From the NCBI GenBank assembly GCA_050084985.1, contig JBITNC010000001.1:72354001-72418000 (forward strand): a DNA stretch of 64,000 bases. Reading direction: 5' to 3'. Shown piece after piece: positions 50,351-63,622 of the stretch (position 1 is the first letter of the stretch; every line of letters begins with the position of its first letter). The notes beneath the pieces are model-generated. The model was not told the DNA's origin. It searched no databases and was given only the letters and a program-made list of their open reading frames with translations. The translations under genes and the position numbers were made by a program. This DNA is from Nageia nagi (taxonomy: Eukaryota > Plantae > Pinophyta).

Positions 50351-50545
50351 GATGCCTGCCTTGGAAACCTCTCAAGGAGACACGTCAAAACTGAGAGCCG
50401 TTGGTGATAGAAGTTCTGGGACCTTGTCCAATATATATGGAAGTTCTTCAGCGAGTTCATTGTTGGATGGTTGGGATGGTATTGCAATAGAATACAGTGT
50501 TGATTGGCCCCTGCAGCTTCTTTTTACACGAGAAGTTCTTGCCAA
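50351..50545 (+). CDS. GCP4: GCP4 exon
   Basis: ttgcag|MPALE...LLDGWDGIAIEYSVDWPLQLLFTREVLA-K|gtaag. Confidence 0.95.
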
Positions 50546-50701
50546 GTAAGATTATCTTTTCTGCTTATAATTATACTTGATTTTTACTTGTCTGATTAGT
50601 TCTGATTATTGTGGGATGAGCTGCTTTGAGGTACTGCTGTTTCATTTATGGGTTCAACAAACACTTTCATGGCACATCTAAATTGGGAAACTATTCTGCA
50701 G

Positions 50702-50927
50702 GTATTGTAAAATATTTCAGTATATGTTCCGTCTTAAACGTATTCAACTTGAACTGGAAAAGTCATGGGCGGAAGCAATGCAACAAGATCATGCAGATTC
50801 TTCACGTCAACGTAAAGATCGTACAAATAGCCTTATTGCCAAACAACGCCGACAACAGCGCATGCCAATGTGGCGAGTTCGACAGCATATGACTTATTTG
50901 ATTACTAATTTACAGTTCTATATACAG
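50702..50927 (+). CDS. GCP4: GCP4 exon
   Basis: ctgcag|YCKIFQYMFRLKRIQLELEKSW...MWRVRQHMTYLITNLQFYIQ|gtaag. Confidence 0.96.
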
Positions 50928-53191
50928 GTAAGTTTATTTTCACAATTTTTGTAACTTGCATATTCCCAGTCCTAAAAACTGAGTCACGTTTTGTGGAAAG
51001 GGGAAATTTGCTGGAAAGGTCCTTTTAAATTAACTAAATTTTATGTATCGAATGTAGGTTTATAGCTTTTCTGGTATTTCCTTGATTTCATGCTTTCATA
51101 TTACTTCCTGTATGTTCCTGACCCTACTTCTATTCTTAGCTCTTGATTTTTTTATTTTTCCTTTTATTTGTTGCTTCAAGGCTGGCATTTGTCACCATGA
51201 GTTAGCCTTTTTGTGTTTATGGTTAGCATTTATTTTTGAACTATGTGGTCTTAAGATCTGAAATCTAGAAGCAATCTGAAGAACCAGATCTCAAATTTCT
51301 GATTCTACTGTGATATATCAGACATCAATCCATAGAAGAAATAAGGACATGGGCATTAAAGAAATAGGAAACCTTTTAATGTGCAAAAATGGACAGTATT
51401 AATTTGAACAAGGAATTTAATTAATATGGGAACTATATACAATGATATCTGAAAAGAGACTTGAGATTTTGACAAATTGTTTCTTACAATTGAACATGTC
51501 CTTGTAGAATGACTCATGAAGAGACACTGTTGGGTTATGAAGTAGTTCATCTTTCAATAGGTACTGGAAATTGACATCATTCTTTTAACTGTTTCTGTTT
51601 GTTTAGCATTGATGCAGAAGACGATATTAGTTGACAGTTTTGGCAGTTTTAATGGGTCAACTTGATGGGCTCATATTCTTTGATATTTGTCAAATTCTTA
51701 AAATTGCATCCATTTTAAAAACCAGCAGGTTGTTGGCCAGTTAACTAGAGGGATGGTTTCCTTAAATTTATAAATACAAATTGATCATCATGGATTTTGG
51801 CATCTCAGTTTGCAGGACCATTCAACGTCCACATGGATTATTTACTTCTCTCCTTTGGTAGCAATTTGAATCATTCGACACTTCAAATTCCTGGACAAAG
51901 GAAATGAAATATAAGATTGAAGTATTGTGAGATAATTAAGAATATGACTATCTAGACTGCATCATATCATTCAATGCTTATAACATGGAGAGACTAATTA
52001 TTGATTTTCTCTTTGTGCAAGGTTTGGCACTGGCAATGTAGACAGGAAAATAACAATGTATTAAGATACATACAATTAATTGTGTCTATGGAATGAAGAT
52101 AAAGTAATAGCTAATTTCTAAATGTAGTATAGAGATCTAGCAATTAGGGTTTTGCAAATTGACAAGAGGACATACATTGAACTTACTTGGATGATGGGGG
52201 ATTAGAAGCTTTCTGGTGGACAATTTGTGTTCATGGAGGGCAAACCCTAGTTGTAGCCAATTTGGATAACTCTAAAGATAATTTAAGAAATAATAATCTT
52301 GAAGATGATCTTAAAAATGATAATTTTGAAAAGAATTTTTCTTAGATGATGCTCGGAGTGATATGTGGACATTCTGGAATGACATGGTTCAACCACTAGG
52401 GTTACTGAGGCCAAGGACTAGAGTTTTCACGTTTTAGGCCTATAGTGTTAGAGTGTTGGGCATTTTGGGTCTAGGTGTTAGTAAATACACATGGATTGGC
52501 TCATAACACTCTTTTTAAGTTCTCTTGCATCAAAATTGTGCTTGTGTAACTTTCATTCACTTATTTTTTTAAAAATTTGTTTAATGTTGTGGTCTGCTTC
52601 TGGGAGGTGGTGGAAATGGGTGTTGCACTCTCCATTACTGAGTATTCTCCATGGAGTGAGGCCTTCCATATTTCCTTGGCTTAAGGGGGCTGAGATGTTG
52701 GCATACAAATCTTTTAGTTTTTTCCACTGGTCACCAACCATGGGGTCATGATTTGGTTTTATATTATCCATTCATTTTATGATTTCTTTTCCAGTAAAAT
52801 ATGATATATTCTCAATTTCTCAGATCCCTTGAATTCCACCACATATATTGCCAAAACAAACTAGTTGATCCTTTGCCTTCCTGCATGCCTAATCGTTTTG
52901 TCATAATATACGGGTAAGATGGCATGACCCATCCTGTCTTGTTTCTTATCTTTCAACTTCTCCTAAGAATTGCCTATCTTATTGAAAGTATCTCTGGATA
53001 TTAGCCTATTATACTTTTCTACGAGTAAGTTATCTAGTAATTCTGGAACACTTAAGTTTTCAACTGGTTTTCAACATGCCTGGTGACATCTATACGAAAG
53101 CTATATTTTTTTATTTCCAAAGAAATGAATTTATTACACTTTTTGTGAAGATAAAATAGCCTGTTGAAATCAGCTAGTTTGATAATGGCAG

Positions 53192-53280
53192 GTTGATGTG
53201 ATTGAATCCCAATGGAACCTTTTGCAAGAGCGTGTTGAAGCATCTAAAGATTTTACTGAGCTTGCTAGATATCATCAAGA
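53192..53280 (+). CDS. GCP4: GCP4 exon (last one seen in the window)
   Basis: ggcag|VDVIESQWNLLQERVEASKDFTELARYHQ-E|gtgag. Confidence 0.95.
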
Positions 53281-53667
53281 GTGAGCACAACCTTTTTCCT
53301 CTTATTATGCTTGCAGTTTTGTTTCTTTTTGTTTTAATGATCATTGACAACTATTACAAAAAACAATGACACTAGACTAAAATGTGCTGACAATGAATCA
53401 TCTAGCAGATGCAAAGGCAAAGCCTATTAGAAATTGGGAAAAGTAGATATGTATTCATATTAATTTTTTATTCGAGTCTAATCTATTTATGACACAATCT
53501 TGATGGTTGAATAATGTTTTTGTGAGCTATTCAAGTCTAATGGTTTTGTGAGCTTCATTTTTGTATGCTTTTGTGAATTGTTCAGAAGTTGATTCTTTTT
53601 TTTGTTAACGAATCACTCTTTGGGTTCCTTTGCCCTCCTCTTTGCTTGCTTGCTTGACTGTCTGAAT

Positions 53668-53781
53668 CATTGTTTACAAATTTGGCAAATAAACGCCAAA
53701 TTTGGCAAATTTTCCTACCAGCTGAAATTTCCTCAAAAAAATGCCAAGTAAACCATTTTTTCTTACAAAATACAATATATG

Positions 53782-53836
<55 letters not shown>

Positions 53837-54246
53837 ATATACCTATATACGTATATGTATATACGTATATATACATATACGTATATATGTATACATATAT
53901 ACATTTATATTAAATTCACCAAGTTAACTGGTCAAACCATGAAATTTGACGAATTTGGCATATCTCCCATATTTGGTGAATTTAATGTATATACGTCGAA
54001 AAAACAGTGAAAAAACAAATACAACACAAATTTGCTAAAAGACAGCACCAACACATGTTTTTTTGTCTTTTTTAATGTACCATGTATTTTTGTGGAATTT
54101 GCCTTTTTTTCCTGCATTTTTTCTGTTTTTTATCTGACTTTGCTGTTTTTTGTGCCATGAAGTTTTCCCTTTTTTTCCAAACTTTTTGGTGAATTTTAAA
54201 TTTGGCCCTGGGCTGTATTTTCAAAAAACTGTATTTTTAAACTGTG
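53668..54246. mobile_element. Probable hAT-type MITE containing a (TA)n microsatellite
   Basis: Imperfect TIRs cattgtttacaaa / tttttaaactgtg. The 8-bp flanks gtctgaat/atttgaac differ only by transitions. Subterminal aatttggc and ttggtgaa motifs. Confidence 0.45.
53775..53905. repeat. Imperfect (TA)n microsatellite
   Basis: Seen directly in the sequence. Confidence 0.95.
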
Positions 54247-54843
54247 ATTTGAACTATAGATTTTGTCATTAATTCTCTTATATGGGCTTTTCTTTTTTAA
54301 TCTGACATAACTTTATCTGTCTTTTTAACTGGTCATTAATTATTTTGTAATGGCTAATTTATTATGAGATCCAAGGAAGGTGTTGTTGCTTGTTCAGGGA
54401 TTACATAAATTTGATGCAAATACTTCCAAAGATTCAACTTTTTTTTCTCTCCTTGAGCATTCCTTGGACCATGAGGATTCTTTATTGCATCCATTTATTG
54501 ATGGTCTTACCTTTTGCCATTTCAATTCAATTGTTTCCTTAAATAATGCTAGTTGTGAAAAGTAAAAAACTCATGATATGGTAATTGATGAGGAATCTTC
54601 TATATGTAATGATGTTGTTGAAGATCCTTTCATAAAAGGTGAAAGATATATTCATTTGAAGGTCCTTTTCATAGTTGGAAATAGATATACAATGGATGCT
54701 TATTTCCAGCAAGATATCTCTCTTTCTTTCCTTGATAAGAATTTGTTTTCAGGCATAAAGTATTTTCTTATGTTATTTGGAGGTCACTTGTTGAAGAACA
54801 TGATGGAAGAGATGAGATTATTTTTATAAGCATATTGGTACAT

Positions 54844-55756
54844 TGTAATTTCCCATGTTTCAATCTTCCATGTGTATATATGTGTGGTGTGGTGTGTGGT
54901 TTGCATTTTTAAGCTTTGTGGCTAAGTGTGGTATTTTATTTAAAAGAAAATGATAAAATAGGAAAGAGGGAGTTGTAAGGGACTGTGTTAGGAGACATTT
55001 TAATTTTTATTTGCAAAATAAACTTAATTCATAATGGATGCCTTGGGAATAGTCGACGAAGAATTAGAACAAGATGCTATAAAAGGGGGCTAGGCATCTC
55101 ATTTGGGTATGCATTTGTTATTTGGTATTTATGATTTGGAGAATCTGAGTGATTCTAAGAGACAAGGTTGATCCTCGCTTGTCTCTTTTGCATGATTTGA
55201 CCTGATCCGTCTCATCAAAAGAGCTCAATTTGATAGACAAGGTTGGCCCTTGCTATTGAATTGAATCCAAGGGTTACTCCCTTGGTTATTTAGTTGGCAA
55301 ATCCACCCTAGGGTTTGCACTTGAACATTATTGAATTACTTTGTTGGGCAGATATCTGAAGAAATCAGCTATTGAGAGCCTTGGCCATAGGGTTTACTAC
55401 CAATCTAGTGACATTTCAGCAGATTCTGGGTGACCAGAGACAGATTTTGTATCAGGAAAGATTATTGGCAGCTGATTATTAATATTTTTCAGCCGTATAT
55501 TATACGGCCAGCTTGAAAGACTGTATGGTACAGATCTGATAATTTATGAGTTGATCCATTTGATGTAAATGTCTTATTTTCAGATCTAATACGAATCAGA
55601 ATTTATTGGCCGCCTTTGTCAGATCTACTGTGATTATGCAAATTTATGCATAGATTTATCAGATCAGAATTTTATTTGAGTGTGTCATAATTTTGTTGTG
55701 CAAAGATTTCAATATTTTGCTAAAGTTTGGTAGAATTATAGATCAAGATCATCATA
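54844..55756 (+). mobile_element. Solo LTR (~913 bp)
   Basis: tgtaatttccc...gatcatcata (CA mutated to TA); TSD tacat/tacac; TATA gctataaaagggg at ~55077. Confidence 0.65.
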
Positions 55757-57149
55757 TACACATTAAGGGATAAACATCAATTATATGTCATGGAAAGAAT
55801 ATAGAACTCTTGATACTTCTATTACATGGGAGAATTAGACTAATAGGTATGTAGTTCTTGGTGCAAGCACTACATTTAACAATTATTTTGAGTCTTTAGT
55901 TCAGCATGGGAAAGGAGTATCAAATTATTCTCAAACTATTAATGTATAGGATGAGGTTTGTAAGACTACTCTTGCTTACAATTTCAAGCATAAAAAGGTT
56001 ATGAGAATGTTCTTCATGATGTGGTTAATTTCATCAAGCATAACATTTTTTTTCATGTTAAGGTTGAATATGTAATTCATGAGGATTTGTGTGATGGGAC
56101 ACTTGGTTGTATTACTTCTATGATCAAGGATAATACTAGTTAGGATATGTTTTCTTTTCATGTTGAGGTGGATGATATGGTTATGGATCCTCTCTTTTGA
56201 AAGAAAAGAAAGGAAAAGAAAATATATTAATGTTTGTGGTGACCAAAAGCAGTCAATGCGATCATGAGGTGCATATTTATAAAGCAGCATGTGGGACTCT
56301 AGATGGTCTTCACCAAAAACAAACTAAGAAGAACAATACAAAAATACAATAAAAGGGATAAGCCCTAAAAAGGAGTAACAGCCAAACAATAAAACAAAAT
56401 AATCAAGATTAGTCGAGGGGGAGGATTCTTATCTAAACAACTCGATTGGGCTCCCCTTGGGCTATGTTAATAGTGGCCACATCAATGTTGCTAGAGCTAA
56501 AGAAAGATGTGATCTGCTTAGACCGCAAACGAATAGGTTGTGGACAAAATCATTCTCTGGTGCATCGGATAGGTAGAGTCCTCTCTCATCTTCCTACGAG
56601 TTCCTTCCACCATGAAAGCTTGAAAGAATGAAGTAATTAGGGGATCACCTATTGGGTGTTGGGCATCAAATAAGAGACGTTTCCTGAGAAGGTACACTTC
56701 CTTGAGATGAGTGCCACACAACAATGGTCCGAGAATTGAAATAAGGTTGAGATCATGATAAGGGAGTCTCGTAAAAGGTAGTTGTATCATCGTTGAATCT
56801 CATACTAGACCGAGCACTTGAAGATGAAATGGTCCTCAATCTCTGACTCTAGCGAGCATAGTCAACAAACACTGTGCCAAAGGTGGGGGGTGATGGTCAT
56901 TGACTATTGGTCTTGGGAAAAAGATGGTGGTGTAAGGTTGAGAAGATGGCACAACTTGGATCTCATCCCCATAATGAAAAGGGGTACTAGAATCATTATT
57001 GTTACTCTACAAGCTGAAGTTTGACGAAGAGAATAAGCACCTTTGGTCTCTGACTCTTGGTGCATACACTATTCACTCTGTATACAGAGTCTTTTTAAGA
57101 CTTGTTTCAACTAAATTCCCTCCAGTAGTGTGGTAACGCATATGGAACC

Positions 57150-58056
57150 TAAGAGCCTAGCCCAAAGCTTGCTTCTTATGGGTAGCTAAGCATGACAAAA
57201 CCCTATTTGGCGAGCAACTTCACAAAAGAGGGTGGTTAGATATTCTTTAATGTGTTTTGTGTGGTGAGTTACTAGAAAGAGGTTCACATCTCCTAATCCA
57301 TTGTCCCTCCACTCTTAGTATGTGAGGGAGGCTTCTCTCTTTGTTCTCGATTCTCAAGGTTATTCCTCAGTCTAGTGTTAGGCTTTTGAATTCTTGACAC
57401 CATCTATTTTCATCAAAAGTTCCAATTATCCTTTAGAACACAACCCTCCCCATTATTACTTGGAATATCTGGCTCAGGAAAAGCCATCGCATATTTCGGA
57501 AAAAAAGAGTTTTTTAGAAGACAAGGTTTGGGACAAAGTCGGGATCCAATTGGCCAATATTTGAGAAGCCTTTTCCCAATCAACTTTGCATCTTGATAGG
57601 AAATCATCAACATTGGATTTTGGTAGCCCCTCTAGAAAGCATGGGAGCACAAAACTCAAACCCCTTATGCTTCAAACTAGAGCAATATTACTCCCACTAC
57701 ATCACCCCAATCTATTGCAGTTGGACACAATTACTTGTCCTAATCCTTCAATCCAATGGTCTTGTGATTATTAGCACTCGTATCTTTCAACTAAGCCTCT
57801 AATTTGTTCGCATCATCAGCTTGCGTATCTGCCTACCGTTCTTTGCTTGTTCTAGTTGATCCAATCGATTTGGCTTACAAAGTCTCCAATCTATCCTTTT
57901 TGCATCTCCCTTTGTTGGTCAGATTCACTTTTTGAAGATTCCTTTGTTGACGCTATCTTTTTTTACTCTTGTTGTTTCTAGATCTACTGTATATATAACA
58001 CACCATGTAAATACTCTTTAGGTAATCTAATATTTTTAAACTACCAAAAAAAAAAG
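57150..58056 (+). mobile_element. 3' end of an L1-type LINE with A-tail
   Basis: KACFLWVAKHDK...LHKRG...CVLCGELLERGSHLLIHCP...ITWNIWLRKSHRIF (zf-RVT-like), ending in an A run at ~58046-58055. Confidence 0.7.
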
Positions 58057-59993
58057 ATATGGTTATAGATCCTCATATTTACACTTTTGATGATGGTGTC
58101 CTTGTTGAATATGTGGTTTCCTATGCGGTATCTTGTCATGGTGTGCTTTATTTACTTGGTTAGTTTTGTTATGAATCATTTGAAGATTTGAGAGGAGTGT
58201 TTTTACTTGATCCTAGTATTTTCTTAGGTTATAGATTTGGTCCCTTTTGGATAGGAATCTTTTGTTTTATGCATTTCCTAGTAGATTTTTGAAGATTATG
58301 GGATATAGTTACTTCCCCAGCAGATGGAATATATTTTTATGTAGATTATACTTCAGAAACAAAAAATCATCACTTATGCACCTCTCATTACATTTTGAAA
58401 TGCTAGCATGTTTGGGTTATTCATGATTAACCACTATATTGTCTATTGTTGGGTTGCTAGAAACTTCTCATCAAAGCAACATTATATATCTATGAGAAGT
58501 AAAAGATTGAAGATTACGAGTAGGGATCAACTATTCGAAAAGTGCAACAAAAGCATGGCAAATAAATACATATTGAAGGACTTAAAGGAATTGGGCAAGA
58601 TCTAGGAAATTGGAATAATTTGGAAGAATGTCAAAAATACCATGCAAGAAGAGAATGTGTTGTGGGAACCTTGGGCAAACTCAAGGATTTTGGAAAGTGG
58701 ATAGGGTGTGGCAAGCTATCTAAAAGCATGTGTGAGATCAAAGGCACAATATAGAAGCATAAAGACTTAGGAAAATGTTCTAGCTCTAAGGACAAAACTT
58801 TTTGAAGAATGAAAGCATGTTATGACTCCTTATCTGGCCTATATTTTTTCAGTTTATGTGCAATGGTGCCATTATTAGAAATAGTATCATGTAAACAAGA
58901 GCACATGTAATACTTTATCACCGTTTGAAAATTATATATCTTAATTACCTATTACAAATATTGGGAGGCTTTGCCTTCTATAAGAAGTTTTGGAGAATAT
59001 GAGATCTTGAATTGGCTTTTGGAGACTATCTCTGAAGAGGCCAACATCTTTTGACTTCTATTGATCGATATTTTAGATTTGACTATTTTGAGTTTTTCTT
59101 CAATGGGCATTACATGTGGGTTCATTATAATATATTTTTTTGTTACGATGAAGGATATATGTAGTAATGGAAAATCTTCAAATCTATCCATTTATTCCAT
59201 GGAGTTTGTGAAGCATATTGAGAATACTCATGAGGAGCCCCCTAACGTTATTGATTCATGTGAATCATATCTTTATTCAACATTTTGCATCATATGTGGA
59301 TTGTTAAGATGCATCTTATGAGGATTGTCATGTTTCTTACGATGTTATACAACTTTCAATTTATGTAGTGGAGGAATATGATATTTTGAGTGAGGATGTT
59401 AATGGTGATACTTTGGTAGAGTTATCTTTTGGTAATACTTTGTTAGAGTTATATATTGGTGACCTACATTTTGTTCCTTCTATTAGAGGAGGGTATCCTG
59501 AAGATTCTTCTTCCATCTTTGAGGTAGACTATTGTATTGGATTCTTTCTTACATCATGTGGATATTGACATTCTTGATTCTTTCATTGATTGTGTGAAAA
59601 GCATGGAATTTGATCTTCTTACATGTGTTTAAAGGGGGATTTCTCATTGGCCCTTTCTAAATATCACTCCTAAGATGAGCTTGATAGGATTTCTCTTGCT
59701 CGAAGTGATGTTCTTGTTGGAGATCGTGACAATCATATTGAGAGCTATTATTCTTCCAAGTTTTCTATGGCTACTTTGATCTCATTTTTAGGATTTGAAT
59801 TTCAATGAATACAACTAATGAAGATAATCATCACATTGATATATGGTTCTCCTCAACCACTTAGTAGCTATGATTTTTCGTTTGACCTTGGCAAAACTTG
59901 TGAGACTACTTTGTAGTTTTTCAAAGTTTCCATTAGGGGGAATGTTGGTCATCATGCCACCTTCTTGGACTTTAAGAAAACCATTGAGGGGAG

Positions 59994-60408
59994 TGTTAGA
60001 AATAAAGGTTTACTAAATGTACATGTGTGTGTATGTAGGAGTTGCATCATCATAAAAAAAAACACATTCTTTTTACCTATGAAGGTTGAGTGGGATATAT
60101 TTATACCATCAACCTTGTCATGGATTGGAATAAAGCATTTTTGTATATTTAAAAGTAAAATAGCACTCCACGTTTACAACCTACCATATCTAATGTTTGA
60201 TATCTTATTCTATCAAGTATTGTATCTCCTTTTATTATTATTTCTTCAATCTTTATTATTTCTCGTGAGGCTTTACCTTGAATGTTTTTGTGGGTACCTT
60301 GTAAAATCCTACCAATGTCTTATAGACAACGAGGGAGAAAGTACTAAAGCTTCTAGAATAGCCCAACTATGTCAGAAACCAATAGTCCTCTCATACCCAT
60401 ACTTAACA
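59994..60408 (+). mobile_element. Probable Copia-type 3' LTR of a highly decayed element
   Basis: PPT-like ttgaggggag immediately before tgttagaa...cttaaca. No partner LTR found. Confidence 0.4.
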
Positions 60409-60980
60409 ATTGGAAGTTTTCTTGAACAATGCATGGGGTAAATCTATTCTTTGAAAATTGAGTTTTTGCATCGTTGATTCAACTTTTCATCTAGATTCAG
60501 CTACACCAAGGTATGTTTTTCCTATTGTTTTTCGTTTTCATTTTTCCACTTCTTTTCTTGCTATTTTTTATAGTTTTATTATGTTTTCTGTTGGATTAAT
60601 TTTCAATTCATGCTCATTGCTTGTGCTGTATTGTTTGGTTTTTGCTTTCTTTGGATTCTTGTAGCTGTGGTTGAGTTCATCAAGCCAAAGGTTGGAACCT
60701 ATTTGGGCTCATCGCAAACCTGGTCCAAAATAGGGCCAAACCATATGCAATTATCATGGTAAATGATTAGTGGAAGTTGTATAGGATGAAGTTTCATCTT
60801 GCTAAAGTGATTGTACATGATGAGACTTTGCACCCGAGTGGATATTGATGTGCAAGAAAATGCTGGCCTACTTGGAGGAGTATCAACACAAAAAGAAGAA
60901 AAGAAAATGATTCACACTAAAATGGCCAAACCTGCATATTATCCACCTCCACCTCTAGGTTATCGTTCTACCTATGAAGA

Positions 60981-61964
60981 TGTAATGTGCCTTTCTAGGG
61001 TTTATCTAAATTCTCACTTAATTCCACATCCATTCACAAATTAGGGCATCAAAGTAAATGCTCATTAACATCCAAATGTGTGCTCAAAATTGGAATATAA
61101 CAACAGTAGCCAAATCTGATATAAAGCTCTTATAACATGTGAATATGACCAAAACTAGGGCACAAATCAGAATTGTAATATAACAGATATATAGCTCCAA
61201 AGTACTCTAATTCGCATACATTCCCATGCACAATGAAGATAGTAGCATAGCAAAAATATATAGGAACATTCATTCACATTCGAGATGCAATATGAGAGCC
61301 AATATCATCAATAATCAACCAAGAATAAGTGTAGGGCTGTAACAAGTTTTAGGGAAATTCCCAAGACTCCAAAATGATCAAACTAGACTCCACAAGGCTG
61401 ATGCAAGTCCCAAGGAGGTTCCAATCTTAGCGCAAGTCTCAAGATGACTCCCAATGGCTGTCGCAAGCTCCAAATGGTAGGAATAATAGGCGCAAGCTCT
61501 CCAAGAGGTGTATAAGTGTAGATGAGCCAATTCTAAGCTAGGGAGCAGCCCTAAGCCCTAGAAGATAGAGAAGGGAAGCATCCCTAAGCTCCAATGATCC
61601 AAGATTGAATGCACAAGATGATGTATTCAAATGACCAAATAACTTGCCTTATAGCATTCCAAACTTGTCAATATGCCCTAAAAGGTAGCTGACTAGGAGA
61701 GGGGGAATAATAAATTAATAAATGGCCTTAAACCTCCCTAATAAGGTCGACTTGGATGTGGGGGCATAATTCATCTCAATGGCCCTTTTTCATAGCTCAA
61801 ATAAATATATAATTTGCCCTTTTTGAGCGCTTGCCTTAAAGGCACAAATATAGATATCATAAATACATAATTTGACAAATAAATCATTCCTATTCTAAGT
61901 CCTAAAGATCACAATGAATAAGCATGAGGGGAGATGTTTAGATGTCTGAAACTGGGACACTACA
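60981..61964 (-). mobile_element. 3' LTR of a chromovirus-type Gypsy element that continues beyond the window
   Basis: Minus strand tgtagtgtccc...cacattaca, preceded by the pol-tail/PPT cttgagggacacaatttgagagagtagact (61965-61995), like element A's PPT region. Confidence 0.75.
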
Positions 61965-62289
61965 AGTCTACTCTCTCAAATTGTGTCCCTCAAGCACTTC
62001 TAAATGCATCTGTTGTGCCTTACACAACTCGCCCCCTAAATTTTGCAATTTCGAGGACCCTCGACAATCTGGAGCCTTGAATGTCAAGTCAAAACCATTT
62101 CCCCTTGTCTCCAGTAAATCCATAACCTGAAATTGAAGTGTAATCGCCTATCCAGCCCTAGCCATCTCAAAGCGTATAGTAAAACCTCATAAATTAACTA
62201 AGTCTGGCTGAGTGTAGATCAAGGTCTAAGTGGTATAGGGAAGTCCAAGTCAAGATTCAAGCTGAAACGAACGGACCCAGGCTCCTCCT

Positions 62290-63250
62290 AGGCTTGGCGC
62301 ATGCTCCAAGAAGACAAGATTGTCTTTTTGGGACGTGCGCCCAGCCTGGAAGGAAGCCTGGCTTCGAAATTAAGTTCCAAAACGCAAACTGGGCCACTCC
62401 TTGAACCAACGCATGTCATGAAAAGACAAAATCTTGTCTTTCTGGGGCATGCGCAAGTACAAGAAGGATCCATGAAATCAAGCCCGAAAAAGGACAAGTT
62501 AGTGCATGAGAAGACTGGCATAGGCCTCAAAAAGACAAAATCTTGTCTTTTGGGAGCATGCACCCAAGCTCGAAGGTTGCCCGAGAAGACTTGGAGCCTA
62601 GAAAGAAGAAATACACTCACCTAAGGGGTTGGCACATGCCTCGAAAAGACACAATCTTGTCTTTTTGGAGCATGTGCCTAGCCTAGGAAGCCCCCCAAAT
62701 GGGACGAAATGGAGAATTTGGTAAGGCATGTTTTGAAGCTTGGAGCACACTCCAGCATAGCCAAAGTGGCTAGTGCATGCCTCCAAAAGACAAAAACATG
62801 ACTTTTTGGAGCATGCGCCAAGCCTGGGAAAGCATCAGGCGGAGCAAGTATGGGAAAATGATAGTCCAGGGATCAGGAGGCCAAAACAAGGCAAATATGG
62901 CCATTTGCAACCCAACACATGCCACAAGATGACAAGATTGTGACTTTTGGGAGCATGTGCCTAGACTGGGAAGTTGGAGAAGTTGGATGGAGTTTCAAAA
63001 AGACAAGATCCTGTCTTTTGAAACCATGCCCCAGGCTTGGGAAGGACCCTGGGTCAAGTCAGGAGGAGAAAATGAGCAAGTCGAACCCCAGAGAATTAAG
63101 CACCAAGCAAAATCAAGGTCAGGACGGTGCTTAGGGTCAAGTTGGATGAGTAGGAACACAAGGAGGGCCAATGTTGGGAATGCAACCACCCCAAGGGCTG
63201 GGCATGCCTCAAAAAGATGAAACTTTGTCTTTTGGGAGCATGCACCAAGA
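62290..63250 (+). repeat. Array of 8 palindromic repeats with spacers (E5)
   Basis: Units at about 62297, 62410, 62517, 62630, 62772, 62914, 62991 and 63197, with the same consensus as in E2. Confidence 0.9.
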
Positions 63251-63622
63251 CAAAAAACCTCAGAATCCCAACGATTGGTCCCGGACGGTCAGGAATAAGG
63301 TTTCAAGATGGCACACATCTTGAGGTCGACCACTTCAATGGTTGGGATGTGTTTTCCTCCAAAACTTAGCCAAACTAGGGTTTTAAAAATGCCCACATCA
63401 GCTATAAATATTAACTTGGGGACCTCATTTTCCCAAATTCAAATCACACTCTCTTCTACACTTGCACTGAAATTGCAGATTTTTGAGTTTCAAATCCATC
63501 CATTTGCTTGGGGAGGCTTGCGCAAGAGATATAGGATGATAGGAGGAAGACGTGGGGGTCATAGGCTTGCCAAAAAAAAGCAACACATCACCTCGAAGGG
63601 TCCCGTCATTTGTTAGGGCATC

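Noticed and set aside
7481-53280. Calling GCP4 a pseudogene
   Set aside because: There is only one lesion, located at a homopolymer; all other exons, phases and splice sites are intact.
53670-54010. Tyr/Ile-rich ORFs
   Set aside because: Translation artefacts of the (TA)n microsatellite.
56310-57050. Possible minus-strand LINE remnant, and decayed LTR-element internal sequence at 54340-54840 and 58060-59960
   Set aside because: Too degenerate to assign boundaries or family with confidence.
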